Origin: Picochlorum sp. SENEW3
Lineage: Eukaryota
Reading direction: 5' to 3'
Assembly (NCBI GenBank): GCA_034226945.1
Contig: CP120457.1
Coordinates: 744,001-808,000, forward strand
DNA: 64,000 nucleotides
This document shows positions 35,832 through 48,000 of the stretch, in pieces. Positions within the stretch are counted from its first letter, which is position 1. The number at the start of each line of letters is the position of its first letter. A program made the position numbers and the translations under genes. The notes below the pieces were generated by a model. The model made no database searches and had not been told where the DNA came from. It worked only from the letters and a program-made list of their open reading frames with translations.

Positions 35832-37296
35832 ATGGGACAGGGACAGAGTACTCCCGGTGGAAATAAGGGCTCAAAGGTAATTTGTTTGCTGATGATCAAC
35901 AAGTCTCGTACCGATGTGTCCACTCACATGAGTTATTCTGCTGTGTAGGATCATAAGAAAACATATGAGCCTCCACCACCTCCACCTCGAGTGGGTAAGA
36001 AGCAGAGAAGACGACCTGGAGCCTCTGCTCTGGGAACGAAATTACCAACTGTTGTTCCGACCGCAAAATGCAAACTTCGTCAGTTGAAGCTTGAGCGAAT
36101 CAAGGATTGGCTTTTAATGGAAGAAGAATATGTGACGAACCAGGAAAGATTGAAACCCCAGGAGGAGCGGAACGAGGAGGACAGATCAAAGGTGGATGAC
36201 CTGCGAGGGTCTCCGTTGAGCGTGGGGTCATTGGAAGAGCTGATTGATGAAAAGTATGTTTTTGACCTGTAGTATATAAGGGAAGATATCCGTGTGGACT
36301 GAACTGACGTTTGTATGTTGTGTGTGTAGTCACGCTATTGTGTCCTCTCCTGTGGGCCCAGAGTATTACGTGGGAATCATGTCCTTTGTCGACCGCTCGC
36401 AATTGGAACCTGGCTGTTCAGTGCTTTTACACAATAAAGGAAATCAGATTGTAGGTATTCTAAGTGATGAAGCAGATCCGGCAATCAGTGTCATGAAGGT
36501 TGAGCATTCCCCATCTGAGACATATGCTGATGTTGGTGGTTTGGAGCAGCAAGTGCAAGAAATAAAGGAAGCTGTTGAGCTTCCACTGACTCATCCTGAA
36601 TTATATGATGATATAGGAATCAAGCCTCCAAAGGGGGTGATTTTATATGGAGAGCCGGGAACAGGAAAAACGTTGCTGGCAAAGGCTGTTGCCAACTCGA
36701 CGTCTGCCACCTTTTTGAGAGTTGTAGGATCTGAGTTAATCCAGAAATACTTGGGAGATGGGCCCAAACTTGTTCGTGAGCTGTTCAAAGTAGCAGACGA
36801 GCTGGCTCCTTCTATTGTCTTCATAGATGAAATTGATGCGGTAGGCACCAAGAGATATGATGCGAATAGCGGAGGAGAGCGTGAGATTCAAAGAACAATG
36901 TTGGAGTTGCTCAATCAGCTTGATGGCTTTGATTCTCTCCACGAGGTCAAAGTCATCATGGCAACCAATAGAATTGACTCACTTGATCCCGCCCTCATCA
37001 GACCAGGTCGCATTGATAGAAAGATTGAATTCCCCCTTCCGGATCAAAAGACAAAGCGGAGAATCTTTCAGATTCACACATCAAAGATGTCTCTATCGGA
37101 CGATGTGAATGTCGAGGAATTCGTCATGGCCAAGGATGAACTCTCAGGTGCAGACATCAAAGCTATGTGTACAGAGTCGGGACTGCTAGCGCTTCGAGAA
37201 CGTCGTATGAAAGTAACCATGGCAGACTTTAGAAAGGCAAAAGAAAAAGTTCTGTATCGCAAGAAGGATAATTTGCCTGAAGGATTGTACATGTAA
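35832..37296 (+). CDS. RPT2: 26S proteasome AAA-ATPase subunit 4; 3 exons
   Basis: MGQGQS start; [22 protein letters not shown]; ends PEGLYM. Confidence 0.96.
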
Positions 37297-37405
37297 CAAG
37301 GGCTGTTTCATCTTCATCTCTTGCATGCCTCGTAGTAGGCAATACCCAGGCAGATCTAATCTAATATGAATTCAAAATATCTATTTTTATGCAAACAATG
37401 ATATA

Positions 37406-39326
37406 ATGAAAGAACATCCCCTCGTTGAACACCTTCTGTCCGGTCTAGGTGCGCATTCTGAGATTTGAAATTTGGTTGGGCTTGTTCTCTGATTCTTGTG
37501 ACAACCAATGATATCCGATGTATACATTTTCAGGATTTGAGGAAACAGTGGGTGTAGATGCTTTATATGATGCTTTCTCAGAGTTTCTGCTGACCGAAAA
37601 GCTCTCCGAGTCCCAGGTGAGAAATTGCAGCCAGGATGTTTCAAGATTTCTCGCATGGTTCTTCAGAAATGAGGAAGAAGAATATGAAGATGAGGATAAC
37701 AAGAGTGGAGAGTATCAATTCTCAGAGGATCGGAGAGCAACTGAAAAGAGCACCCCCAACCTGGCATGTAGTGGTGATTTAGAGAATGGTCATGTGATTC
37801 TTCCGAGTGAGATTTCTCGCGGTGATAGGGACGAAGTAAACGATTGTGCATTTGTCAGTAGCCAAGGGCAAAGAGATGGCATGCATTCAAATCCAACAGG
37901 TGAGTTACAGGTGGACGGCAACGCTGACATTTTGGATTTCACCAATGCATACGTGTTTGGAAACTCGGCATTCCGGCCGAAACAGAGAGAGATTTCGCAG
38001 AGTGCTTTATTAGGAAAGGATATATTCGTTTTGATGCCCACAGGAGGAGGCAAGAGTTTATGTTATCAGTTACCAGCAGTCATTTCACAGGGCGTTACAA
38101 TTGTCGTGACTCCATTATTATCCCTCATGCAAGATCAAGTGCAGTCTTTGTGTACACTTGATTGCGGCGGGGTACCAACAAGTTTCTTGTCTTCTCAACA
38201 AAGTCTGAAAGAAAGCAGGGCTGTCCATGCTGAGTTGCAGAAGGACAACCCTTGTTTGAAGCTTTTGTTTGTGACTCCAGAGCAGCTTGTTTCCAGTGAG
38301 AAACTAAAAGCTAGCCTTCGAACGTTATTTTCAAAAGGCAAATTGGCTAGGCTTGTCGTGGACGAGTGTCATTGCGTCTCTCAATGGGGACATGATTTTC
38401 GACCAGAGTACAAGCAAATAGGGCATGTCAAGCAGATGTATTTTCCAGGTTTGCCAGTGACAGCTTTGACTGCAACTGCGACGGCATCAGTCCGTTCTGA
38501 TGTGATACAATCTTTGAAGATGAAAAACTTTGAATCTTTTGTAGTGTCCTTCTTTCGGGAAAATCTCACCATGAGAGTCATTCCAAAGGATTACAAGAAG
38601 GATCCTGAATCCGAAATCCCAGCATGGGAAGCTAGAATATTAGAATACGTTCAGAGGAGAGGGAATCAGTCTGGTATAGTGTATTGCTTGTCCAGAGACG
38701 ACTGTGAGGCCATGGCATGCATGTTGAATAATGTAGCTGGTGTCCCTTCAGCGCATTACCATGCAGGAATGACTGCTGGTCAGAGAACTGCTGTACAAAA
38801 TAAATGGAGAAAAGGAGATATCAAAGTTGTTGCTGCTACAATAGCTTTCGGTATGGGCATAGACCATCCAAACGTTCGTTATGTCATTCATGCGACCATG
38901 TCAAAATCGCTTGAGGGGTACTATCAGGAAGCTGGAAGATGTGCTAGAGATGGGCTTCCGGGAGAATGTCTATTGTTTTATGGCAAAAGGGATGGGCCTA
39001 GAATATTGAATTTGTTGAGAAAAGGGAAGAAGAAAGGCTCGTATTTTCAAAAGCAGCTTGCCATTTTTCATGCAGTTACAGAATATTGTTGCACAAGCAC
39101 AGTATGTAGGCATGCCCAGATACTGAAATATCTAGGTGAAGACTGGGATAGGAAAGAATGCGGCTCAAGCTGCGACGTATGTCTCAAAGAAATTGTTCAT
39201 TTACTGGAGCATGAGAAGCCCAAGCGTAAGAGTCGACAGAAAAAGGTGCATGTCCAGACAAACCCTCAACCAAAAAACAAAGTGTTTGCAGGTTTTACAA
39301 CCGCTCTATCTCTCACAAAAAAATGA
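37406..39326 (+). CDS. RecQ-family DNA helicase; intron 37449-37533
   Basis: MPTGGGKSLCYQLP; DECHCVSQWGHDFRP; ATIAFGMGID; YYQEAGR; RQC Zn Cys residues. Confidence 0.93.
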
Positions 39327-39410
39327 GGTTCTAATTATTTTATTTATTTTTCATTCAAATGTCAATCAAAGTCAGGGAAAAAATGCTGCAATAAAAATGT
39401 CGTTGCCAGT

Positions 39411-40811
39411 CTACATATCTTCGTCATCTGGCTCAAAGTCATCATCCTCCATTTTGAAGCCACTTGTTGTTGGCCGGGCACCTGCAGAATTAGATGGTTT
39501 CTTCACGACCAAGTCGTACAATTTCCTTTTGGTTGGTGCTGAGACTTTTTCCAAATCCAGGGAAGGCTCCCCATCATCATCTGTTCCCATCTCGTTTGCC
39601 ACTGTGAGAATCTCGACAACGGCTTCCATGTTTGCTTCGAGGATTTCTGGGGTGTTCAATGCAGTGACCAGATCATTCTCCATATCCGGCGTCATGTATA
39701 CTCTTGGAGCCTGTGGTTTTGTGCTGACAGGCCTTCCCATGCTGGCAGACTTTGCTGGTCTGGAGGCAGGCTGCATAGCAGCAGCGTTCTTTTTAGGGAA
39801 AGGCCTTGCTTTGCGTTCTGGATCTGAATAACTGGCAAATGGGGTCCTTGCCCATGCTTTCAAGAAGCCCTGTTCTATTTTCAACCCCAACAATCCGACA
39901 TCCCACCCAACTGGATGCACGACAATGTTGTATTCATAGCAGTTGTCACAAATCTTCAATACATCGTCATAGAACTCCCTGGGAGATGAATATTCATTAT
40001 TATCAATCTTTCCCATGATCATATTGAAAGACATTGGACCATGAGGTACAACATCATAGTAGTCTTGCACTGCAAGATGCGAGGCATCGACTGGATCCAT
40101 AAATAGTTGACTCTCTGCCTTCTTGAGTACCTTGGTTGTCAGGAAGTTGACAAGCTTGCGAGCAACAGTAGCCAAATCCAGGTTCTTGCGTGATGTAACA
40201 TCACTTGGAGACGTCATAGGGGCTGCAGTGTGGCCAACAGGTAATATACATTAGTAACTAGTGCTAAACCATTGACAAGAGGGCAAATGGCAGGTATTCT
40301 GCTGAACAGAATACCAATCAGCTACTAGCGGTACATATATAAACAACGTACTTGAACCGTTATTCACGATTCCGGTAGGTTTTGCCTTCTTATTAGTGGT
40401 CATATGAGAGTTGATTTGGCCGACATCGAGAACAGTGTCAATGCTCCTCTTTGAGCCGACAGAGACACTCTTGAGAGGCCCCTCATCGGGCAGTTTTGCG
40501 TGAACCTCACACAGGTAACTTTGAAGACGCAAAAGGTGCTCTTCAGTCAAATTCCCATTTTTCCATGCTGTCATTGGATCCATGAGTTCCACAGATGTCG
40601 AGTCGCCTTTGAAACGCACAATGGTCCCGTTGTCGAGACGGAACAGAATCTTTGCCGGCTTGAGCTCTTTCGCACTTTCTTTGACATCATTTTCTGTTTT
40701 TGGGACCTCGATATTCTGTTCTTCTTCTACTTTTGGAGGAACCTGATTGTCTATGGGTGCAGCCTCGGCAACCGTTGGTTGCTGTGCTACAATCTCAGCA
40801 GCGGCAGACAT
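39411..40811 (-). CDS. Bromodomain protein with ET-like C-terminus (GTE-like); 2 exons
   Basis: LFMDPVD...DYYDVV..PM...CDNCYEYN; LDLEKVSAPTKRKLYDLV. Confidence 0.8.
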
Positions 40812-41061
40812 TCTATCTTACAAAAACGACCAGTATAGCCCAAATGAATTAAAACAATAATAATACACTATGACACTTCCAAGGAGAGACACAGAAGTAA
40901 CCTGTTTGTACCACTGTGTCAAATGTGGACAGTACGCCGCGGACGGCGAAGGCCGATTATTTATAGATTTAGCCCTGTCCAGACCCACATTTGAGGGCGC
41001 CGGATCCTTATGGGCCAAAGTATGCCCTGAACATTCAAAAACCAAAATACATGGTATACAT

Positions 41062-42273
41062 TCAGGCACCCAAACCAAGACCTTTAGGTCTACCAATAGC
41101 ACGAATAGGTTCTGCGATGCCGTCGTTTCTCTTGCCAAGCCCTGCACCCTTGCCTTCAAAACCCCATTTGGACAATAGCTTGCTGCCGACACCCAGAGTA
41201 TGCTTTTCGAATGACGCATATGGAGCATGATGCTGCTCTTTCTCGGTAGAACCACTGGAAAGGTCGCGTACTCCATTCTTGGATAGCCTGCGCTCATCCT
41301 TTCTCCTCTTCTTCTCTTGCAGCTTGAACTGCTTCTTGGTCATCATCGCCATTGGTTTGGACTGCTTTTCTTTCATGACAACTCCCGTATTGTCGATAGC
41401 CTGATCTCCTTGAGTTTCTTCAGACTGCTTTGCAATAATAGTATCATCATCGGGCTGGATACACCCATGAGAAACAAAGTCAATAGGACCTGTTCTAGAT
41501 TTGGAAGTCCTTTTGGCTGGAATTGCTTGCTTTTCTTCCACAGCAGCGTGTTCCAACGCAAACAGCCGTTGCCGTTCTAATTCTAAATCTCCAGTGGGAT
41601 AATGAGTCGCACTTGTGGCATGCAGCAACACAATATTCTTCTTCTTCCCTCCTTGTAGAGTACAACGACAGCTGTACAGTCCTGCAAGTTTTTTCACCAA
41701 ACCCACCTCAAACTTGCTCATTGGCGGAAAAGCATATATGTCGCCTCTTTTGTCAACAAAATCAATGAGAACGCCATCAATGTATTCGAGAGAAAACCCC
41801 TTTGATGCTGCCCTCTGCAGTCTCTTCCTCTGCACCTTTTTCTTCTTCTCCCTCTTATGCCTACCGTGCTGAGCATTATTCCGCCATAGTCGGATAGAAG
41901 AGAAACTTCCTGTTCCTTCATGGCCTGCAGTCTGCGCTCGCTCCACGTCTTCATCCTCCGAAGAAGAAATGAGAGTGTCTTCTACCCTCACCTGTCGGTC
42001 AGTGATATCGAACCCACTGAAATACTTTTCAAATTCTCCAATGTTCTCCGCAACATCAATGTAGTCGTCTAGAGCAGATTCTGATTCGTAGTCTTCCTCG
42101 TCAGCGCTCACTGCCCCTCCATTGTCCAGGTCGTTGTTGCCAACTCCGACCCTTTCGAAAGCTTCTACACTAGAAACACCCCCACTGCCATCCACGAATA
42201 TCTTGGATCCTCCTATGACCAAATATCCATCCTGCAACATGATAGAATTCAGCAAATTAAGATTCAGCGGCAT
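41062..42273 (-). CDS. R3H plus G-patch domain protein (Sqs1-like)
   Basis: FPPMSKFEVGLVKKLAGLY (R3H-like); GVGSKLLSKWGFEG.GAGLGKRNDGIAEPI...GLGA (G-patch). Confidence 0.82.
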   Translation of the reverse strand: MPLNLNLLNSIMLQDGYLVIGGSKIFVDGSGGVSSVEAFERVGVGNNDLDNGGAVSADEEDYESESALDDYIDVAENIGEFEKYFSGFDITDRQVRVEDTLISSSEDEDVERAQTAGHEGTGSFSSIRLWRNNAQHGRHKREKKKKVQRKRLQRAASKGFSLEYIDGVLIDFVDKRGDIYAFPPMSKFEVGLVKKLAGLYSCRCTLQGGKKKNIVLLHATSATHYPTGDLELERQRLFALEHAAVEEKQAIPAKRTSKSRTGPIDFVSHGCIQPDDDTIIAKQSEETQGDQAIDNTGVVMKEKQSKPMAMMTKKQFKLQEKKRRKDERRLSKNGVRDLSSGSTEKEQHHAPYASFEKHTLGVGSKLLSKWGFEGKGAGLGKRNDGIAEPIRAIGRPKGLGLGA

Positions 42274-42360
42274 AGCTTAAGGAAATGTCTTACAACGCAC
42301 CTCCTCCTGCTTCGTCTGAGACTTTTTCTTCCTTCTACCCATGTACTATTATTACACAGT

Positions 42361-44103
42361 TTAATCATCATCTGAAGATAATAATTCAATAACCTCGACA
42401 GGAGACTGTCGTTTCTTACCCACTGTCGTAGGTTGCTGAGATTGATCAACATTGTCCTCTCCTCGAACGCTAATCAGGGCACTTACAGCTTCCAGGGCCT
42501 CCTCCTTTTCATCAACGTCCAATGCTCCATCGTATACTTCTGTATCATCATTGTTGTGTTCCTCATTCTTCACACTCCCGAAACGCTCTTGCAATTTGGT
42601 GAGATCATCCTGTCCAAGTTCTTGACAGATATCAAACCATGTGTCTTCCAGGCCTTCTGGTCTCCAATCACCGTTTGCATTCACCTCGATACTGTCAATA
42701 TCTGGTATGGAGGCAAGGGAATGTAAAAGTACCTTGACATATGTATCCTCCTGGAGCTGCTTCACAGTAGAATTCTTCAAGGTGGTGGGATCTTGCCATT
42801 TTCTATTCAAATCAGCAATCGACAAGAACGAGTCCAAATCAAATGCTTGAGGCCCTGAAGCATTGCTGAATCGGGCAGGAACACTTATTCTAGTACATGT
42901 CATGGGATCTTTCAATGACAATGTCATTTGTTCCAATCCAATTGCACCTTCTGAATCTCCTGCGAGCAACTTTTTCATCCTCACCTTTGCTTCTTCTTTC
43001 GTTTCTGGAGCCATCATCAGACGTTTCACATCTTCATGGGACTGTTTCTCAGCAATATAGACCATCACGACCCACGTGAAATTTTCAACTGCACTAATTT
43101 TCAACATATTTCTACCACTCACTACATTCATAGTTGCACTTACTGCAGCATCTCTTTGATTGATTCCTATGTTGGACGACAAGCTGCGAGTATATGGCCG
43201 CATTGTAAGATTATTGATGCGCATGGAAATATTCTTCGGCCAATGGATCCGACATGGCGTGTCATCTTCCATCTGTATACAGGAAATGAGGACTCGCCTC
43301 TTTGACTGATCAGACACACATGGACGCAGCTGTTGCTGCGTCAAAAAAAACGTCTGCTCCAAAGATATCCTAGCGTGTATATTTCCTTTCAAATCTCTAA
43401 TGGGTGGCATGCCTGGAATCTGCTTCATTGTCCCTGCTGGAAGAATAAACTCCACAGGCTTCCAAAAGGGATCTGCCAACAATAACCTACATTCTTCACA
43501 CATGAATCCTTTCCGTATGCCTCCATTTGGCCTAACACAATCCCAATGCTGCCACACACCACAACCATCGTTCTCACATTGCACCATATTTGGCAAGATG
43601 CCATTATTCAGACAGATACACCTCACAGTCTTCCTCACCTGACCTGGCGTATCCTGCACCCCTTGATTGGAATGTGAAGGTACTACCTCCGTTGTCGGTA
43701 AATACGCGTCGTACGAAGACACGTTTACCCCAGGCGACACTGATCCACCTGCTGCTGGATCCAGACTAGGGTAGTTTGAATCATACACCCGATGAATAGC
43801 TCTGTCCAACTTCTCCACTTTCCACCCAGGACCAGTGCAGCACTGCAGATAGTCTTTCAATCGATGCTGTATCTCAGCCTTCCGGCCTGCACACCCAATC
43901 ATGAATAGCATGTATATATAAGGAAACGTGAGAGCAAGGCACCTTTGAGACGCACCCCCCGTTGAAATCCCAGCAGCAGCAGCACACTCCTTCAAATGCA
44001 CCACCTTCATACTATAAATCTTTCTGAACAAAATGCTATCCTCAGAATATCGTTTACTCATTGCAAAGAAAGCTTTCCCAAGTCTCAACAAAGAAGATGA
44101 CAC
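42361..44103 (-). CDS. SIZ1: SUMO E3 ligase SIZ1-like (SAP, PHD, SP-RING)
   Basis: SAP-like N-terminus; PHD RCIC...C...C.VWQH..C...C..CRL.LADPF; SLKDPMT..RI..PAR; C-terminal SIM VIELLSSDDD. Confidence 0.85.
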   Translation of the reverse strand: MSSSLLRLGKAFFAMSKRYSEDSILFRKIYSMKVVHLKECAAAAGISTGGASQRCLALTFPYIYMLFMIGCAGRKAEIQHRLKDYLQCCTGPGWKVEKLDRAIHRVYDSNYPSLDPAAGGSVSPGVNVSSYDAYLPTTEVVPSHSNQGVQDTPGQVRKTVRCICLNNGILPNMVQCENDGCGVWQHWDCVRPNGGIRKGFMCEECRLLLADPFWKPVEFILPAGTMKQIPGMPPIRDLKGNIHARISLEQTFFLTQQQLRPCVSDQSKRRVLISCIQMEDDTPCRIHWPKNISMRINNLTMRPYTRSLSSNIGINQRDAAVSATMNVVSGRNMLKISAVENFTWVVMVYIAEKQSHEDVKRLMMAPETKEEAKVRMKKLLAGDSEGAIGLEQMTLSLKDPMTCTRISVPARFSNASGPQAFDLDSFLSIADLNRKWQDPTTLKNSTVKQLQEDTYVKVLLHSLASIPDIDSIEVNANGDWRPEGLEDTWFDICQELGQDDLTKLQERFGSVKNEEHNNDDTEVYDGALDVDEKEEALEAVSALISVRGEDNVDQSQQPTTVGKKRQSPVEVIELLSSDDD

Positions 44104-44345
44104 ATGTCAAATCACGTTCCCACCGCTCATCCAAACCCAAGCTCGTCCCATATGTATTAAAATAATAACATTGAGCCAAAATATATCACTCCTCCCTCGT
44201 GCTGAATTCAAAGGGCAATCATCGCCGAATACCATCCATCCCCATATATATGGCGCCCTGAACAACAATTGTTCGAACAATTGTTCTCATCTGGAATACA
44301 TTCACCCCAACAGATGCCATATTCCATAGTATTATTACTAGTATC

Positions 44346-45042
44346 ATGCAAGGTATTGATACGATGGTTCAGGGAGCAGGGCGAGGGGAGAAGAGAACGG
44401 TTGGGCAACGGTCAAGAAAGCTGGAGCAAGCCTTTCATTCGACTGTGAAATATGCTCTTCGAGGATCTCCAATGGATGAATTTGAGACATATTTCCCCGA
44501 GGGAAGTGTATCTTCGGAGACATTGAAGGCTGTATACGATGCGTATGTTCAGGTATGGGTTCTGTTGGTCATTACACGGACGTATAGGCTAGTTACCATG
44601 CTTTTGGGATATAACTGTAGTGTTTACATCAAGCGAGGGTGTTTATCGACGGGGAGTTTGAAGAAATTTGCCAAGATGCGAACGTTGCTGACGTGCTGCA
44701 GACCATCGATGTGCTCTGTGCAGAGCAAGGGTTTGATGGTACACGGGATGCGAGGTTGGTTCTAAATGATATAGCGTGATGTGGTATGCTGAATGACCTT
44801 GTGGTCTTTTCTGCAGTGCGTGTGCTCTTCAGGGGCCTCTAGTTGCTCGAGCTGCAACACTCAAGGCAAAAAAGCAGGCATTGGAGCGTTTGCGTGCTCT
44901 GAAACATGAGACTGAGGGCAGAAATGCACAGTTAGAAGATCAATTGAGAAAGAAGAAGGAAGAGGCTGCAACATTGCGGGCTCGCGTGTCGACAGTTGGT
45001 CAAAAGTTGGAGGAGGTGACACATGCGTGGCAAAAGAAATGA
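44346..45042 (+). CDS. Nnf1/PMF1-like kinetochore (MIS12 complex) protein; 3 exons
   Basis: Spliced product ...DEFETYFP...FIDGEFEEICQDANVADVLQTIDVL plus C-terminal coiled coil. Confidence 0.6.
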
Positions 45043-45065
45043 TGAGTATTACACATGATATGCGA

Positions 45066-48000
45066 TTATGTTTCTTGTAGTATATCTAGAGAGCCTGTAC
45101 CTGCGGAAATGGGTCTGCCTACCACGATTCTGGATGATGCTGATGTGAGGGGATCTGTCTCTCTGTGGAGAGTTGCAGAGATTAAAAAGTTGGCTGCTGT
45201 CTCAAAGCTCATTTTCAGGAAAGGGGATGTTGAGCTCTCAATACCAAGACGATTGCAAGCCCTGTACCCTCCAGTGTGGGTCATGTAGTCTGCAATAAGA
45301 GTAAGGTGGCGAGGATCCACGGCAATTCCATATGCACCAAAGACAGATGAGACTTCTGCCATAATTGTTGCTCTTGCAGCCTCGACTCCAAGCGATTTGA
45401 GCATGGCAGCTGGTGAATTTGTGGATATTCTAGAGACGTCGATGAGGTCCGCATGAGACCACACGCCTTCAATGTTGATTCCATCCGTCTGGAGAACATG
45501 CTCTCCCCGAGAGGCAGCATCCAGGACATAACACTTGGTGATTCCTGGAATTCCACGCATGACGGTCGAACATGCAATTTTTTCGACAAGCTCGCGCATC
45601 ATGATTTTAGGTGCATCGACAGGGACAGTGAGTGATAACTCACAGGTTAGAGCACTCTTGTTGATGATTTCATCAGGAGCGGCGTCATCACCCAAATCCT
45701 CCATGATATCCTCGACTTGTAAATTTTCATCATCGTGTATATCATCTAGATTGGTGTCTCCTGCGAGTTCAGCAGCCGCTTCTCTCGCATTCTTTTCAAT
45801 TTGCATATCCTCATCATCCCCTTCCCCATATGTTGCAATTTCACCTCTTCCACCAGCAAACCGAAGTTTTCCCTCCTCATTGTCTTCGTCAACTTCTTTA
45901 TTCTCGTCATCATCGTCTTTTCGACCAGGTTGCTTTACAGCCTTTGGCACCCGCGGAGCAGAGTCCACGAACTTTTCATCCAGGTTGATGCCACGGGCTG
46001 AGGCGAGCTTCTTCATCTCAGCTTTGACGGCCTGCTTGATCTTGGGTGCAAATTCATCGGAGAAACACCTAGAAAGTTCCTCAAATGTTATGTTTAGTTC
46101 CTGAGGATAGTCTTTCAGGGGATGAAATTGAATCCTTACTGAGTAACTCCTACACAAGTCTCCTGTTTTACTCGCAGTGACAATATTTTCAATCACTTGA
46201 ATACCTTTCAGAGCCTCTCCAAACAAAATCTGCTTCATTCGATTACTCATTGCAGCTGTACCTTTCGCTCCTGCCTCAGGAAGCAATGGAAGAGTCATGA
46301 CTGGTGTTTTAATTGTCTCAGCGGCAGTCATCAGAATCTCTCTCAGCCTTGGGATTCCAAGGGTGACATTTGCTTCTCCTCGTCCCGCCATGTGAAATGT
46401 ATTCAAGGTCATTTGCGTGGATGGTTCCCCAATGGATTGAGCAGCGACAACCCCAACAGCTTCTCCTGGCTCAGCTCGTGAGCAGTAATATTTTATCTGC
46501 ATCAGTTCATGAAAAGCTGCAGCATCCATCGGCCTGTACTCGGAGGAGTTGGACTTTTTCATCTTTTCGATTTCTTTGAAAGTCGCCTTGACCGAATCAG
46601 GATCTCGGGGCAGAAGGTAACCCCCAAAGAGGGCATTTGTAAGGGCATCCTGGAATGACTCCGAGGTGACGCCTGCAATATTTTGTGAATACAACCCATT
46701 CAAAGGCAACTCCTTGTACTCCTTTCCTTTCAAAACACATGATGATCTCTTTTTTATTGCTTTGTATATGCTGCTCTGCTCGTCTAGATTGAATAGGCCT
46801 TTCTCCTTTGCAGCGTGTGCTTCCAATTGAACAGAGAATTGAGGCATATTGAAGTACAGAAGTGGTAAAGACCTCAGACAGCCAATGGATATCGGATTCT
46901 GCCCATCCTCTCCATATAAAAACTGTACGATAGATCCATCACAGTCATCCCGTACGGTACCATCATAACCAACCCTCAGAGGTTCCAAATTTTTAACCAA
47001 GCATCTCTGCAAATACCCTGATCTGCTTGTTTTGACAGTGGTGTCCACAAGTCCCTCTCTTCCGGCCATACAATGAAAATAATATTCCTGAGGTTTTAAT
47101 CCAGTCAAGAACCTATCTGCCACGAAACCACCTGATCTTGCTCCGCTGTCATACGCTGCAAAACAAGGAAGAGTTTTGCCTGATGCCATCCTTGGAACGC
47201 GCCTTCCTTCTAATTCTTGCTGACCGAGGAGGCAAGAGATCTGTGAGAAATTTACAACAGAACCTTTTGCTCCCGTCATTGTCATCAATGCCATCATATT
47301 ATGACGGAAAGATTTGGACTGACCTTCTGGTAGGCATGCTTTCACCACCTCTGACGAAAGCGGGTGCATGGCACCAGACATTTTCATATCCAATGCTGCA
47401 CCCACATCCACAGAATTCGACAAAAACCTCTTCTCTAGTTCAAATTCAACTTTCTTTGCCACGTTAAGAATATTGTCGGATGATTCCTCAACATTAACGA
47501 AGTCTGCAGCAGCTGCCAACGCCCTGCTATCTGCAGAGTCGAGTAAAGCAGATCTTGCTTGCTCAGCCTTGTCGACCAGTAAAACATCTGCTATACCACA
47601 TGTAAACCCATGTTTCTGTAAAAAGCCGGTAAAGAGTCTAGAGAGGGCCGCCGTTAGAATAGAGGTCCTATCAGAACCATAAAGCTCCTGCAAAAGGACA
47701 AGCAAACAAGAGTCAGACAAGCAAATTCACAATGCAACAAGTGATTGAACAGACGTACGTGGAAAACGTGCATGAGACCATTTTTCCCAAACATAGATTT
47801 GTCAACAATTCCGGTCAGTAGATGGTTTCGCCAAATGTGCATTTTTTCCTCACCAGAATGCTTTCCCCAAGCATCATTTGGCGTTTTGCACTTTGCTGCC
47901 ATGTTCAGAGGCAGTTGATCCCTCGTATAATGCATCAACACGGCTGTAAAGACCTGTTTCCCTGTCCAGAGCTTTTTTGGTTTGACGATGCTAGGCTTAT

